Below, piece by piece: positions 40,301 to 49,220 of a stretch of 64,000 nucleotides of DNA; positions within the stretch are counted from its first letter, which is position 1; every line of letters starts with the position of its first letter. The stretch is taken from the NCBI GenBank assembly GCA_963674705.1, contig OY771506.1:1568001-1632000 (forward strand). Reading direction: 5' to 3'. The notes under the pieces are model-generated. The model was not told where the DNA came from, ran no database searches, and saw only the letters and a list, made by a program, of their open reading frames with translations. A program made the position numbers and the translations under genes. The DNA is from Phycisphaeraceae bacterium (GTDB lineage Bacteria > Planctomycetota > Phycisphaerae > Phycisphaerales > Phycisphaeraceae).

Positions 40301-40641
40301 TCGGCCTCGCCGACCTCGACACCGTCTTGAATGACTGGAACAAAGGCACGCCCCCCACCGCGGAAACCGAAGTGCTGATCCAGACCCTACAAACCCAGGA
40401 ACTCACCGCGACCGCCGCTTCAATATCGCAGCAAACCGCAACAGTCCAACAGCAACCAGCATTATGCCTACGCAATACAACGAAGTCACAAAGCACTTTC
40501 ACCCAAGACTTCCAAGCCGCATTTGCTCAGATGTCGTTCCCCCAAAGCCATCGTACCACACACGCCGCCGCCAACCTCAGCTACACCCCGCTTGCTCTGG
40601 AGTCGAGCGACACTACAGAGGCATTTGGTCTGTGGGAATAG
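37393..40641 (+). CDS. PL11 rhamnogalacturonan lyase (YesW-like) with LEPR-XLL signal, LamG domain and dockerin-like module
   Basis: LEVLEPRWLLS; LamG (WTRILDFG, YIDG, FDQITIY); RQVENLDRGLVA, SWRLLG, ANDSSVGDLDGDG, GQGNH, GHGDAMH, GDILGDWREE, TLMHDTQYR. Start uncertain. Confidence 0.9.
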   Translation: MKLRRQTGLRPCLPGCVSILISRSCRVTRSRSWRDSLICRSARRCSSSADAVSTSDHFTGLEVLEPRWLLSATHLYTFNDGLGTDSIGRINLDLVNGVNVSAGKAILNNTGITSGDTDNIQYLDLPAAAIPGTGPLTLEVWFSSNDTTNWTRILDFGDQSGVYGNSYLFYTPQSSYSDARLVLRPDAGTEVVASSGTTNDGQQHMLAAVVDPSADTMLVYIDGNEVATTALNGTGIEDINQVYAYFGRSLYDQDAGFTGAFDQITIYDEARTASAIATTYADGPTPAPDAYPENPTQYARQVENLDRGLVALRTSSTQVYMSWRLLGLDPSDIAFNVYRSTSGSIAVKLNSSPINQTTDFIDSNANQSQTHTYLIRPVIDGVEGDPSKSFIVEANGGTRPYLSVPIEPPPSGVTDDGEAYDYVANDSSVGDLDGDGDYEIIVKWQPTNEKHAGVNGQTGNTIFDAYTLEGVRLWRIDLGINIRSGPQYNPFLVYDFNGDGLAELVTRTAPGTVDGLGNDVIINGDDPDADWRNEWGHINDGPEYLTVFDGLTGENLATVNLEPARGELYSWGDTYGNRANQFLMAAAYLDGQRPSIVVARDYNMPQTGLPGRDELAAFNWRDGELTLEWHFKAGIDWYNNENSEYVGQGNHQLSVADVDGDGYDEIIRGASIIDQDGTGYLSTGAGHGDAMHVGDLDPTNPGIEVFSVHQHPSAYSNVQGVNVGGFLYDAADGSVIVGIDGHDADVGRGVAMDIDPNYAGAEMWTSADDGIWNVDGTRIYGKPSNMFQNFGVWWDGDLLRELMDRTYISKWHYEWSTPGRQNIVQAWEYGASTNNGTKETPCLSGDILGDWREEVIWRNVDSTELQIWTTTIPAQSRLFTLMHDTQYREAIAWQNNIYNQPPTTSFFLGAGMETPGQPMVYYVGEIEGGLTGDLDYDGFVGLSDLDLILNNWNLTVRDNHPADTNGDNFIGLADLDTVLNDWNKGTPPTAETEVLIQTLQTQELTATAASISQQTATVQQQPALCLRNTTKSQSTFTQDFQAAFAQMSFPQSHRTTHAAANLSYTPLALESSDTTEAFGLWE

Positions 40642-40673
40642 TCAGCAAACATTTGGATATCCCCCAAAAAACA

Positions 40674-40713
40674 AAAAACCCTTGAGCTAAATCCATTAGC
40701 CCAAGGGTTTTGT
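40674..40713. terminator. Bidirectional terminator between the PL11 gene and tRNA-Ser
   Basis: AAAACCCTTGAGCTAA-loop-TTAGCCCAAGGGTTTT with A and T runs on either side. Confidence 0.7.
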
Positions 40714-40720
40714 GTTTAAG

Positions 40721-40810
40721 CGGAGAGGGCGGGATTCGAACCCGCGGAACAGGTAAAACCCGTTCGACGATTTAGCAAACCGTTGCCTTCAGCCGCTCGG
40801 CCACCTCTCC
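40721..40810 (-). tRNA. tRNA-Ser (GCT)
   Basis: Reverse complement GGAGAGGTGGCCGAGCGGCTGAAGGCAACGGTTTGCTAAATCGTCGAACGGGTTTTACCTGTTCCGCGGGTTCGAATCCCGCCCTCTCCG; long variable arm; no encoded CCA. Confidence 0.95.
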
Positions 40811-40926
40811 GGGGTGTCGCTGTGGGAGGCTCTCGCCTTGCCACGCGGCAGAGATGCATTGTAGCTAGAACCCCCCGAGTCTCAAGGGGGACAATATCAC
40901 ATGGGCTGTTGGGTGTCGCAAGAGTG

Positions 40927-40969
40927 AAAAAGGGGTGGCGGGGCGGGGGAAACGCGCCCGCCACCCTTT
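40927..40969 (-). terminator. Intrinsic terminator of the large surface-protein gene
   Basis: AAAGGGGTGGCGGG...CCCGCCACCCTTT directly after the stop codon. Confidence 0.65.
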
Positions 40970-40975
40970 GTCGCC

Positions 40976-43900
40976 TCATCCTCGCCGTATCAGCGCCAGG
41001 CCCGTCAGCCCTAGCACGATCAATGTTGCCGGCTCTGGGATGCTGATCTGCCCAGCAGGCGGTGGCGAACCCGCGTTCCAGTTGCTCAACACGAGGTCCA
41101 GGTCATCCAGGCCGACGAATCCATCACCGCTGGGATCAGCAAGCGGGTTGCCGGGCGGGACCGTCTGATTCCAGTTGCTCAGGACGATGTCCAGGTCGTC
41201 GAGTCCAACGAAGCCGTCTCCGTTCAAGTCGCCTTCCAGTGCGGCATTGATCACTTCCAACTGCACAGTGGTCGACAGGTAGTTGACTCTGAACCCAAGA
41301 TCACCAGCCAGTGTCGGCAGGTTTTCGACGCTGAACGTGCCCACGCGTGAGCCCGCGCTGATGATGTTGAACGTCTGTCCCAGGGACGGTGAGAAACCAC
41401 CGATGATTGAGACATCGAGCACACCATCCAGGTCAGCGGTCCCGGTCACCAGCCATTGGTCGAATTCCATGCCGGGGAACAGGCCGCCGATCTCGATCTC
41501 GATGACGCCAACGGAACCCTGTGTGAGTTCGGCAACCGTTGCCTGGCCCGGCGAAGTTCCCAGAACGAGGGTACCTTGGTTCACCACTTCGACGCCTATC
41601 GTTGCGCCGTCTTCGACAGTCAGTGTCGACGTACTGAGCACGCCCAGTTTGTTGGTACCGCTGAAGGTTGCACCGGCCCTAACCGTCATATCCTGCTTGA
41701 TCTTGAGGTCGGCGTTGATAATAGTGTTTGAACTCGATTGGAATATACCCGGCGCGTCCAGTTCGGAGATCGAGCCGTTAACAGAAAGATCTCCAGCAAA
41801 GGTTTGACTCACATTCGAGCGATAGACCCCCCCGGCAAGGTTGAGTGACGAATCGGAGTTGAAGTCCAGGTTGAAGTCTTCGACGTAGGCATGATGACTC
41901 AAACCAATGTTGAGCGTGCCGTCGAAGCCGTACGAGATAGAGGGATACGTCAATTCCAGGTCCCCATCGATCGCGTTGAGTGTCCCCGTCTCCGTTCCGC
42001 CATCGAAGTCGGAGCCGTTGAGTATGAGTGCCCCGCCGTTGGCGGAGACCTGTGTGTTATTGATGAGCGGTGCATTGATAGTTCCGAAGCCGGAAATGCC
42101 CGCGGGCAGTTCATTTGTGATGGTACCGCCTTCAAACGAACCGCCGTTAAGCACAACGTTGTCGGCGCGGTTGGTGTTCCAAGGTCGTGAAGAATCCAAC
42201 ACGCCGTCGGAATCGGCTGTGCCGATCGTGCCGACATCTACGATCTCACCATTGATGTAGAGTGTGCCGTTGTCGGCTAACAACGTTGCATTATTCTGGA
42301 AGTTGATAGAGGTGTCGATCGTACCGTAGCCGACCAAGGCGTCGCCGTTGGAAGCCCGTAGCATGCCCAGGCCAGTGATGGTGCCACCGATCAATCGATT
42401 CGGGTCTGCCAGGCTGCCGCCCCCGAATTGGATAGCGTTGTCGGCGGCAACAGTGTTGACGGTTCCATAGATGTCGGCCCTGGCGCCCCATACGGAGTAA
42501 CCATTGAGCCCGGAAACATTGACGTTGCCGTAGACGTTGACGTCCGAACCATAAATGCCGTTATTGACTAGCGGTCCGCCACTAGTATTGAAGTTCACAA
42601 TGGCTTGGCTGTTGATGGTCCACTCATCGTTTGGGTCGGTGAGGTTGACGATCAGGTCGGCTTTACCGTTAAGTTGCAGGATATTGGTGCCGGCGGCATT
42701 TGTCTTGCCGAAGGAATACATGGTGTCGGCATTGATGGTGGTGTCGGCGTTGAGCGTTACGGTATTGCCGACGGCATCGGTGCTGCCGCCGTCGAGGTCC
42801 ACTGCACCGCCGGGCATGTCAATGGTCGTGGTTTCCTCGAACGTGGTCGTGCCGCCGATCAGGAGCGTCCCGTTACCTACGAACTGAGCGCTGTCGGTGC
42901 CGTTGTCGCTGTAGAAGGTCGTGGTACCCGCAAGCCGTAGTGACGCCCCCGCGCTGATATTAACGACAGCGTCCGCATAAAACTCTACCGTTGTGGATAT
43001 GTAAGATTGGCCCGAGCCGCCAACGTAAATAGCTCCATGGCTGTCAGCGGTATCGTCGTTGCCGATCCGGATCATGTTGCCGGTAACAACGGCCGCGCCG
43101 GAACCGGTGTTATTCAGATTTAATGTCCCGTCCATGATCCAGTACGTGTTGCTGGTCATTTCCATGTCGAGTTTGCCGCTGTTGAGCGTGAGTGCTTCGT
43201 CATATTTTTGTACGGCGCCGGTCTCGATATAGTCCGAGGCAATAGTCAGCACGCCGCCGGGCTCGATAGTCGTCGACCCGTAGTCGAAGTCGAACACTTC
43301 GACATTGACGGTCGATTCACCGGTCACAAACAGATCGGCTTGCAGCCGAACGGTGGAGGTGGCAACAGACCGGTCGATCGTATCGAGGATGTCGCCGCCA
43401 TCGAGCGTAATGGTGTGTAGATAGTCAATGAATACAGCTCCACCGGACCCGACAATGGTGATGTCGGTGCCCGAACCCGCTGTTGAACCCTCTTGCAGTA
43501 TCACGTTGGTGTAGATGTTGGCCCCGCCATCGACTCTGATTGTGCCGTTGCCCTGAACCTTTAGCTCATCACCATACAGAGCCGGCGTACCCGAGCCGGT
43601 GTCGGTCATGTTCAGCACGCCGTCCAACTCCCACTGGTCATCCGCGACGTTCACATCGAGTGTGCCGGAGTTGATGTTGATCGTGCCGTCATGCCGATCG
43701 TTACCGCCGTCGACGTTGGTGGCGTTGATCGTAAGTGTCACGCCGGGATAGATCGTGGTCGTATCCGAGCCGGCGCCGTCCCAGTCGTAGGTGCCGATTG
43801 TGATGGTCTGGTCCGCAGTAACGATGTTATCGCCCGGTTGGATGATGCCCGTACCGGTGACTGTGGTGCCCGCCCACTCTGTATCTCCATATAGGAGCAG

Positions 43901-45334
43901 AGACCCATCCACGTTCAGGGAACCGCTGTCCCAATCCTGTTCGCAATTCATAACTAACGCAGCGCCCGATACGACCGTAATAGTACCGCCGGTCTTCTCG
44001 AAGCGGTCGCCGGAGATATAACTTGCAGTCGATCCACTGATGTTAAAGAAGCCGCCGTCCTGCCCCCATGTGTCGAGTTGACCCTGGACGTTGAGTGTAC
44101 CACTGTTGATGTTCATCACGGCGCTGTAGCGGTCGCTTATGCCAGTGATATTGGCGTTGAGCACGCCACCGTCACCGATGTTGATCACATTATTAACAGA
44201 CGAACCGGCGCCGTCCCAGTTCCAGTCGGCATCGTTGATGGTGACGGTCGCATTAATGTTGAGTTCGGTTTCAGCGGAAGCCGCGTTGTGGTTGAAGTCG
44301 ACGCCCGAATCGATTGTCGTGGTGCTGTTGAACGTGATGGTCCCTTCGGTCAGGTCGATCGTGCCGCCGGTCGCGGTGTAAGGCGCGTTGATGACAAGAT
44401 GATCGGCCGTGTTATCGAGGGTGATCGTCCCGCCTGTCTGTGTGAAGGTTGCGCCTTCGATCGTGGCGGTTCCCGCGGGCTGGCCGACGAAGGTCCCGGC
44501 TTGGGTATTGACGTTCAGGTTGCCGTTATCCATGGTCCAGGCATCGGACATATCCAGCGTTGAATTGGCATACATATTAATCGTTGCGCTGAACGCATCG
44601 GTCAGCGGGCCGTTGATGTCCAGTGTTCCCGCACGATTGATACTGACGATTGCATCACCCTGATCGAGGTTGACTCCTCCCGAAGCGCCGTTGACGTTAA
44701 TGGTGAGTGTGGCGGCGGTATCAGTCGTGGGAATGGATATCCCGTCGACCGCGTAGCCAGCACGGATGGTACCGACATTGTAGAGTTCACCGCTGGCGGC
44801 ATCGAGATCGATCGTACCGTAACCACCGAGAGCGGATCCGGCGTAAAGTGTCAGGTCCCCTTCATCCACCTCCAGCACGCCCCCAAGCATCAGCACGACC
44901 GAGCCATCCCCGACAGACAACGAATCCGTGTCGAATGAGTCATACGTCGGATTATTACTGTTCACTTTTACTAACAGCGTCGTGCCAGAGCCGCTGAGGG
45001 AAGTACCTGACGAAGCACTGGCTGTATCCACTAATACTTCATATCCGCCAGTATCAAGCTCATTGCCATTCACCATCGTCAGCGTATTTGCATTGCTGTT
45101 GGCATCCGCTGTGACGCGTGTGCCCTCGGTACCCGCAACAGTACCGATCGATACGTCGTCCGAACTGGTCGGCACACTTGGGGGCGTCCATTTAGAGGCG
45201 TCGCTCCAGACATCATCCGTCGCCGAGTTCCAGGCGACGGGTACAGCAACAGCTGAGATCGAAGTGAACAGTAAGCATGTGAATAACGTGGCCAACGTTA
45301 GACCGCGTTGGGACCGGTCGTGGCAATACGACAT
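40976..45334 (-). CDS. Large beta-helix (autotransporter passenger-like) surface protein with dockerin-like domain and PEP-CTERM
   Basis: Signal peptide, G/T/N/D-rich strand repeats, recurring (D/N)WDG...ININSGTL units, EIEIGG..DQWLVTG cap, dockerin tail, IPEPATLIVL; no beta-barrel. Confidence 0.85.
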   Translation of the reverse strand: MSYCHDRSQRGLTLATLFTCLLFTSISAVAVPVAWNSATDDVWSDASKWTPPSVPTSSDDVSIGTVAGTEGTRVTADANSNANTLTMVNGNELDTGGYEVLVDTASASSGTSLSGSGTTLLVKVNSNNPTYDSFDTDSLSVGDGSVVLMLGGVLEVDEGDLTLYAGSALGGYGTIDLDAASGELYNVGTIRAGYAVDGISIPTTDTAATLTINVNGASGGVNLDQGDAIVSINRAGTLDINGPLTDAFSATINMYANSTLDMSDAWTMDNGNLNVNTQAGTFVGQPAGTATIEGATFTQTGGTITLDNTADHLVINAPYTATGGTIDLTEGTITFNSTTTIDSGVDFNHNAASAETELNINATVTINDADWNWDGAGSSVNNVINIGDGGVLNANITGISDRYSAVMNINSGTLNVQGQLDTWGQDGGFFNISGSTASYISGDRFEKTGGTITVVSGAALVMNCEQDWDSGSLNVDGSLLLYGDTEWAGTTVTGTGIIQPGDNIVTADQTITIGTYDWDGAGSDTTTIYPGVTLTINATNVDGGNDRHDGTININSGTLDVNVADDQWELDGVLNMTDTGSGTPALYGDELKVQGNGTIRVDGGANIYTNVILQEGSTAGSGTDITIVGSGGAVFIDYLHTITLDGGDILDTIDRSVATSTVRLQADLFVTGESTVNVEVFDFDYGSTTIEPGGVLTIASDYIETGAVQKYDEALTLNSGKLDMEMTSNTYWIMDGTLNLNNTGSGAAVVTGNMIRIGNDDTADSHGAIYVGGSGQSYISTTVEFYADAVVNISAGASLRLAGTTTFYSDNGTDSAQFVGNGTLLIGGTTTFEETTTIDMPGGAVDLDGGSTDAVGNTVTLNADTTINADTMYSFGKTNAAGTNILQLNGKADLIVNLTDPNDEWTINSQAIVNFNTSGGPLVNNGIYGSDVNVYGNVNVSGLNGYSVWGARADIYGTVNTVAADNAIQFGGGSLADPNRLIGGTITGLGMLRASNGDALVGYGTIDTSINFQNNATLLADNGTLYINGEIVDVGTIGTADSDGVLDSSRPWNTNRADNVVLNGGSFEGGTITNELPAGISGFGTINAPLINNTQVSANGGALILNGSDFDGGTETGTLNAIDGDLELTYPSISYGFDGTLNIGLSHHAYVEDFNLDFNSDSSLNLAGGVYRSNVSQTFAGDLSVNGSISELDAPGIFQSSSNTIINADLKIKQDMTVRAGATFSGTNKLGVLSTSTLTVEDGATIGVEVVNQGTLVLGTSPGQATVAELTQGSVGVIEIEIGGLFPGMEFDQWLVTGTADLDGVLDVSIIGGFSPSLGQTFNIISAGSRVGTFSVENLPTLAGDLGFRVNYLSTTVQLEVINAALEGDLNGDGFVGLDDLDIVLSNWNQTVPPGNPLADPSGDGFVGLDDLDLVLSNWNAGSPPPAGQISIPEPATLIVLGLTGLALIRRG

Positions 45335-45587
45335 GACTCATCCTCCTGTGCTGTAAGCAAGTTGTATGACTGCGTAACAATCAGCAGACGATGTGATAGC
45401 GCGGCGAGGTGGTGCGGCGCACGATTGGCAAACAATGAATGTAGAAACGGTGAATGTGTTTGTGCCCGGTGTCTCCCACACATGGGAAGCATTGAGATAG
45501 CGGAATCAACATCGTCAGGCCCCCTGGCCGGCTATAAGGTCGGCTACTGCCCGAACAAGTCGTCAACCCCCAAATTGTCAGTCCTGA

Positions 45588-45616
45588 ACGATAAGTAATG
45601 CGCCAAACCATGTCAA
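45588..45616 (-). promoter_or_regulatory. Sigma70 promoter of the beta-helix gene
   Basis: TTGACA (45616-45611), 17 bp, TATCGT (45593-45588); implies a leader of about 245 nt. Confidence 0.5.
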
Positions 45617-45831
45617 GATATAATTATCTTTAGTATTCGTGCGATCTACGTCCTGCATTGAGAGGCTAGTCTTGCCATAACAACGATCTAATAGTTTCAT
45701 TTCAAACGAGTTATATGAATATTAGTCGGCGGTGTGGTGCGCGATCGACTTTGCTCAAAAGTGCATATTGCAGTGCTGACTGTGTGTGGCCCGGAATGAA
45801 TCATATATGGGCTTGGTCCCCGATCCTTCAA

Positions 45832-45903
45832 TGCCGACGGCTGGATTTGAACCAGCGACCCAGGGCTTATGAATCCCTTGCTCTACCACTGAGCTACGTC
45901 GGC
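45832..45903 (-). tRNA. tRNA with CAT anticodon (elongator Met, or Ile2)
   Basis: Reverse complement GCCGACGTAGCTCAGTGGTAGAGCAAGGGATTCATAAGCCCTGGGTCGCTGGTTCAAATCCAGCCGTCGGCA; G1-C72 paired, so not initiator; no CCA. Confidence 0.92.
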
Positions 45904-46062
45904 GAGACCCGCCATTGTAGGGCTCCCGCGGCCGGGTTCAAGCCGGGCAGTATCAGAGCAGGTGAGTGATGGTAGAGTTGGGCTGCAGAACATTTTGTAG
46001 CAGTAGATGGGCCGCCAAACCGTATCGGGCGTTGAACTTGCCTAGATTCACGGCAAAGCGGC

Positions 46063-47169
46063 GTGCTTGTCGATATTAACAGTCGCCGAGTGGTCCCAGA
46101 CAGCCGAATTTCGATGCTTATTGGGTGCTTTCGGTGGTGCGCGGCGACTGATCAACGACAACCCCCATATCCGGAGCCCCTGCCCGCTTTGAATCCGGCC
46201 CAAGTAAGCCAACCTGTCCAAGCGAACACCTCCGCCTCCGCCGGGGCCCTGCGGATCGCGGGGATCGAGCCCGGTTCGGCCCTCGAGCCGGCGGTCCGGG
46301 AGTTCCTCAGCTACTGCCGGATCGAGTGTGGCTTCGCCAAGGCGACCCTCGAAGCCTATGCCCGCGACCTGATCGACCTCTGGCGGTGGATGCAGCAGCA
46401 GGGCCACGCCACCTGGGACGAACTGAACCTCGACACCATCGGCAAGCACCTGCGGTACCTGGAAGCCAAGGGGCTGGAAGTCTCCTCGATCGTCCGTCAT
46501 GTAGCGACCATGCGAGTCTTCGGCCGATTCATCGAGGCCCGGGGCATCACCAAGCGTAACCCCGCCGAACTGCTCAGCAGGCCTTCTGCCTGGAAACGCC
46601 TGCCCACCGTAATGGGTGTTGACCAGGTCAGCCAGCTCATCGAAGCCCCACGCCCGACGGACCCGCTGTACCTCCGCGATGTCGCTCTGCTAGAGCTGCT
46701 CTACGCCTCGGGCCTGCGTGCCAGCGAAGCGGCGGACCTGATGATCGGCCAGGTCAACTTCACGCTCGGCGTCACCCGCGTCATCGGCAAGGGCAACAAG
46801 GAACGCATCGTCCCGATCGGCAAGCGGGCACTGACCGCGCTGCGTAACTACATCGACAGGCTCCGCCCGGAACTGGTCCGTGATGATAAGCCGACCGACA
46901 AGGTGTTCCTCTCCCGCACGGGTGGTGCGCTGACCCGCGTCGTCATCTGGCAGGTCGTCAAACGCCACGCCAAGCGGGCCGGCCTGACCGGTGTGTACCC
47001 GCACATGCTCCGACACTCCTTCGCCACCCACCTGCTCTCCGGCGGCGCCGACCTGCGCGTCGTCCAGGAACTGCTCGGCCATTCCAACATCCAGACCACA
47101 CAGGTCTACACCCACGTCGACCGCTCGCACCTCAAGGAAGTCATGGCCAAGTTCCATCCCCGCCCGTGA
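46063..47169 (+). CDS. xerD: Site-specific tyrosine recombinase XerD
   Basis: TLEAYARDL, LPTVM, LLELLYASGLRASE, GKGNKERIVP, HMLRHSFATHLL.GGADLRVVQELLGH..IQTTQVYTHV, terminal FHPR. True start probably later (about 46189). Confidence 0.88.
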   Translation: MLVDINSRRVVPDSRISMLIGCFRWCAATDQRQPPYPEPLPALNPAQVSQPVQANTSASAGALRIAGIEPGSALEPAVREFLSYCRIECGFAKATLEAYARDLIDLWRWMQQQGHATWDELNLDTIGKHLRYLEAKGLEVSSIVRHVATMRVFGRFIEARGITKRNPAELLSRPSAWKRLPTVMGVDQVSQLIEAPRPTDPLYLRDVALLELLYASGLRASEAADLMIGQVNFTLGVTRVIGKGNKERIVPIGKRALTALRNYIDRLRPELVRDDKPTDKVFLSRTGGALTRVVIWQVVKRHAKRAGLTGVYPHMLRHSFATHLLSGGADLRVVQELLGHSNIQTTQVYTHVDRSHLKEVMAKFHPRP

Positions 47170-47329
47170 TTGTGGTAAGTCTTTAAATATAGATAATGGG
47201 TAATGCACGCGGGCATCATTGATTTGTCCAGTGGCTTATAACTGGCGAATATATAATGTATTCTGCGGAGTCTGTGATGTTAGGCGCCTATAGTCACAAC
47301 GAGTTAATGCTAATCAATCATTCGGATTC

Positions 47330-48412
47330 GTGATGCAGGATATCAAGACACGCGAGTACGCTGTAGCCGAGTTGCTGGACCGGTCGGCGATGGCGTTGGC
47401 TGGCTACGCAACCGAGCAATTGGTCGGCCAATCCGCAAACGGTGCGCCCATATCAGATCGGTTTCACTTCTGGCAATCATATCTGGCATCGCGATTGCGC
47501 GACCTATCAGCGGCGGTGCACCTGGGACGGCCCGGGCTTTTCGCACGGCAGATACGCTGGTGTTGGGACGCACTGGCGGCGAAAGATCTAGATCCGACTG
47601 AATTCAAAGAGGCACTGGAAGTATTGGCTGGTGTGATCGAGACCGAGGTGGACAAAGTTGGACCGCGCATCGCTGATACGTACGTACGAGCCGCGATCGC
47701 ATCACTTGATCAGCTAAGCGACAACGGTTTGGCGTCGTTGCTGGATAGTTCGCAGCCCACCGGTAAGCTGGCCGCGTCGTATATGCTGGCGGTGCTGGAG
47801 GGTGACCGACGACGAGCGGCGGACCTGATCCACCAGGCGGTTGATGATGGGATGCCGGTGCGGCAGGTTTACCTGGATGTGCTGGCGCCGGCTTCGCGAG
47901 AGATAGGGCTTATGTGGCATCGTGACGAGGTCGGCATTGCCGAGGAGCACTTCGCCACCGCGACAACACAGATGGTGATGTCGCAGTTGTTACGGCGTTC
48001 ACCGGTCCCGGCGCTGAATGGTAAAACCGTGGTTGTGGCTTCGGTGATGGGGGATCGTCACGGGCTGGGGACACAGTTGGTGGCGGACTGTTTCGAGTTG
48101 GACGGTTGGCGAGTGGTTTATCTTGGCCCCGACATCCCCGGTCAGGAGTTGCCGCAGGCGCTCATAGATTTTCAGGCTGATCTTTTGTTGCTGTCCGCGA
48201 CCTTGTACACACACCTGCGTGCGTTGGAATCAACGATCGCTGCCCTGCAAGTCTTGGAAGAGACGCGGTCTGTGCCCGTGCTGGTTGGTGGACACGCGTT
48301 TGCGGAACAGCCGGACCTGGCCGAGCAGATCGGTGCGGATGATTACGCGGCGGACGCAGACGCTGCGGTATCGAAAGGTCGTAAACTTGTGGGTCTTGGA
48401 GAATCCTGTTGA
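47330..48412 (+). CDS. Cobalamin (B12)-binding sensor protein (CarH/AerR-type W-x9-EH), no DNA-binding domain
   Basis: GLMWHRDEVGIAEEHFATA (W-x9-EH), GDRHGLG (DxHxxG), LSATL, LVGG. Confidence 0.85.
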   Translation: MMQDIKTREYAVAELLDRSAMALAGYATEQLVGQSANGAPISDRFHFWQSYLASRLRDLSAAVHLGRPGLFARQIRWCWDALAAKDLDPTEFKEALEVLAGVIETEVDKVGPRIADTYVRAAIASLDQLSDNGLASLLDSSQPTGKLAASYMLAVLEGDRRRAADLIHQAVDDGMPVRQVYLDVLAPASREIGLMWHRDEVGIAEEHFATATTQMVMSQLLRRSPVPALNGKTVVVASVMGDRHGLGTQLVADCFELDGWRVVYLGPDIPGQELPQALIDFQADLLLLSATLYTHLRALESTIAALQVLEETRSVPVLVGGHAFAEQPDLAEQIGADDYAADADAAVSKGRKLVGLGESC

Positions 48413-48450
48413 GCCTACCTCGACCGGGGTGTTACGAGGCTTCATTTAGT

Positions 48451-49020
48451 ATGGCAAGCGAACGAACGGGTAATACCGGAGTGTTGCAACGGATCGCGGC
48501 AGGCGAAGCCGACGCGGTCAACGAGTGCCTGGATCGGTTCGGGGGCCTGGTCTGGTCACTTGCCCGACGGTTCTGCGCCAATCCAACCGATGCCGAGGAT
48601 GCGGTCCAAGAGGTCTTCACCGAAATCTGGACCAAGGCAGACCGCTACAAACCGGAAGTCGCCTCCGAAAAGACCTTCGTGACAATGCTGGCCCGTCGCA
48701 GGCTGATCGACATGTTGCGCAAGCGCGGTCGGGCGCCGCGCGAGACTGCGATCGAGGATGTGCAACTCGCTTCACAGCCGCAGCCTTCCACTATGGAACG
48801 GTCCGAGGAAGTCGAACGGGTGGAACGGGCAATTGATGAACTAAAGCCGATACAACGCGAGGCCCTGCGCATGGCGATATACGATAACTGCACGCACGCC
48901 CGCATCGCCGAAGTGATGGACATCCCGCTAGGTACCGTCAAGACCAGCATCCGCCGAGGTCTGCAGCGCGTGCGCGACGCGCTGAAGGTCGATGAAACCG
49001 GGGACGGCTCCGGCGCCTGA
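48451..49020 (+). CDS. ECF sigma factor (SigK-like)
   Basis: DAEDAVQEVF, ARRRLID, region 4 THARIAEVMDIPLGTVKTSIRRG. Confidence 0.92.
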   Translation: MASERTGNTGVLQRIAAGEADAVNECLDRFGGLVWSLARRFCANPTDAEDAVQEVFTEIWTKADRYKPEVASEKTFVTMLARRRLIDMLRKRGRAPRETAIEDVQLASQPQPSTMERSEEVERVERAIDELKPIQREALRMAIYDNCTHARIAEVMDIPLGTVKTSIRRGLQRVRDALKVDETGDGSGA

Positions 49021-49220
49021 CCACGGTTGGATTCGTTTTTCTTGCAGTGCCTGTATACCCGGGATAATTCAGTCTGCACATGACGAATGGTTGTTGATGA
49101 GATAGCGGTGCTGTCTGTTTTTGTTGTTTGGCTTGTACGGAGATAATGGCATAATCTTTAGGATGGACAGCGGCCTATTCTGTGCTGCCCGGTATTAGAT
49201 ATCACGATCCGGAGGTGAAC

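Noticed and set aside
45335..45585. Known riboswitch in the long leader of the beta-helix gene
   Set aside because: I could not match cobalamin, c-di-GMP, TPP, SAM or ZTP consensus elements by eye; an Rfam search is needed.
45832..47169. Tyrosine recombinase beside a tRNA as the integrase of a genomic island
   Set aside because: The sequence has housekeeping XerD signatures, lies on the 5' side of the tRNA, and no duplicated tRNA 3' end (att site) or phage/ICE genes were seen.
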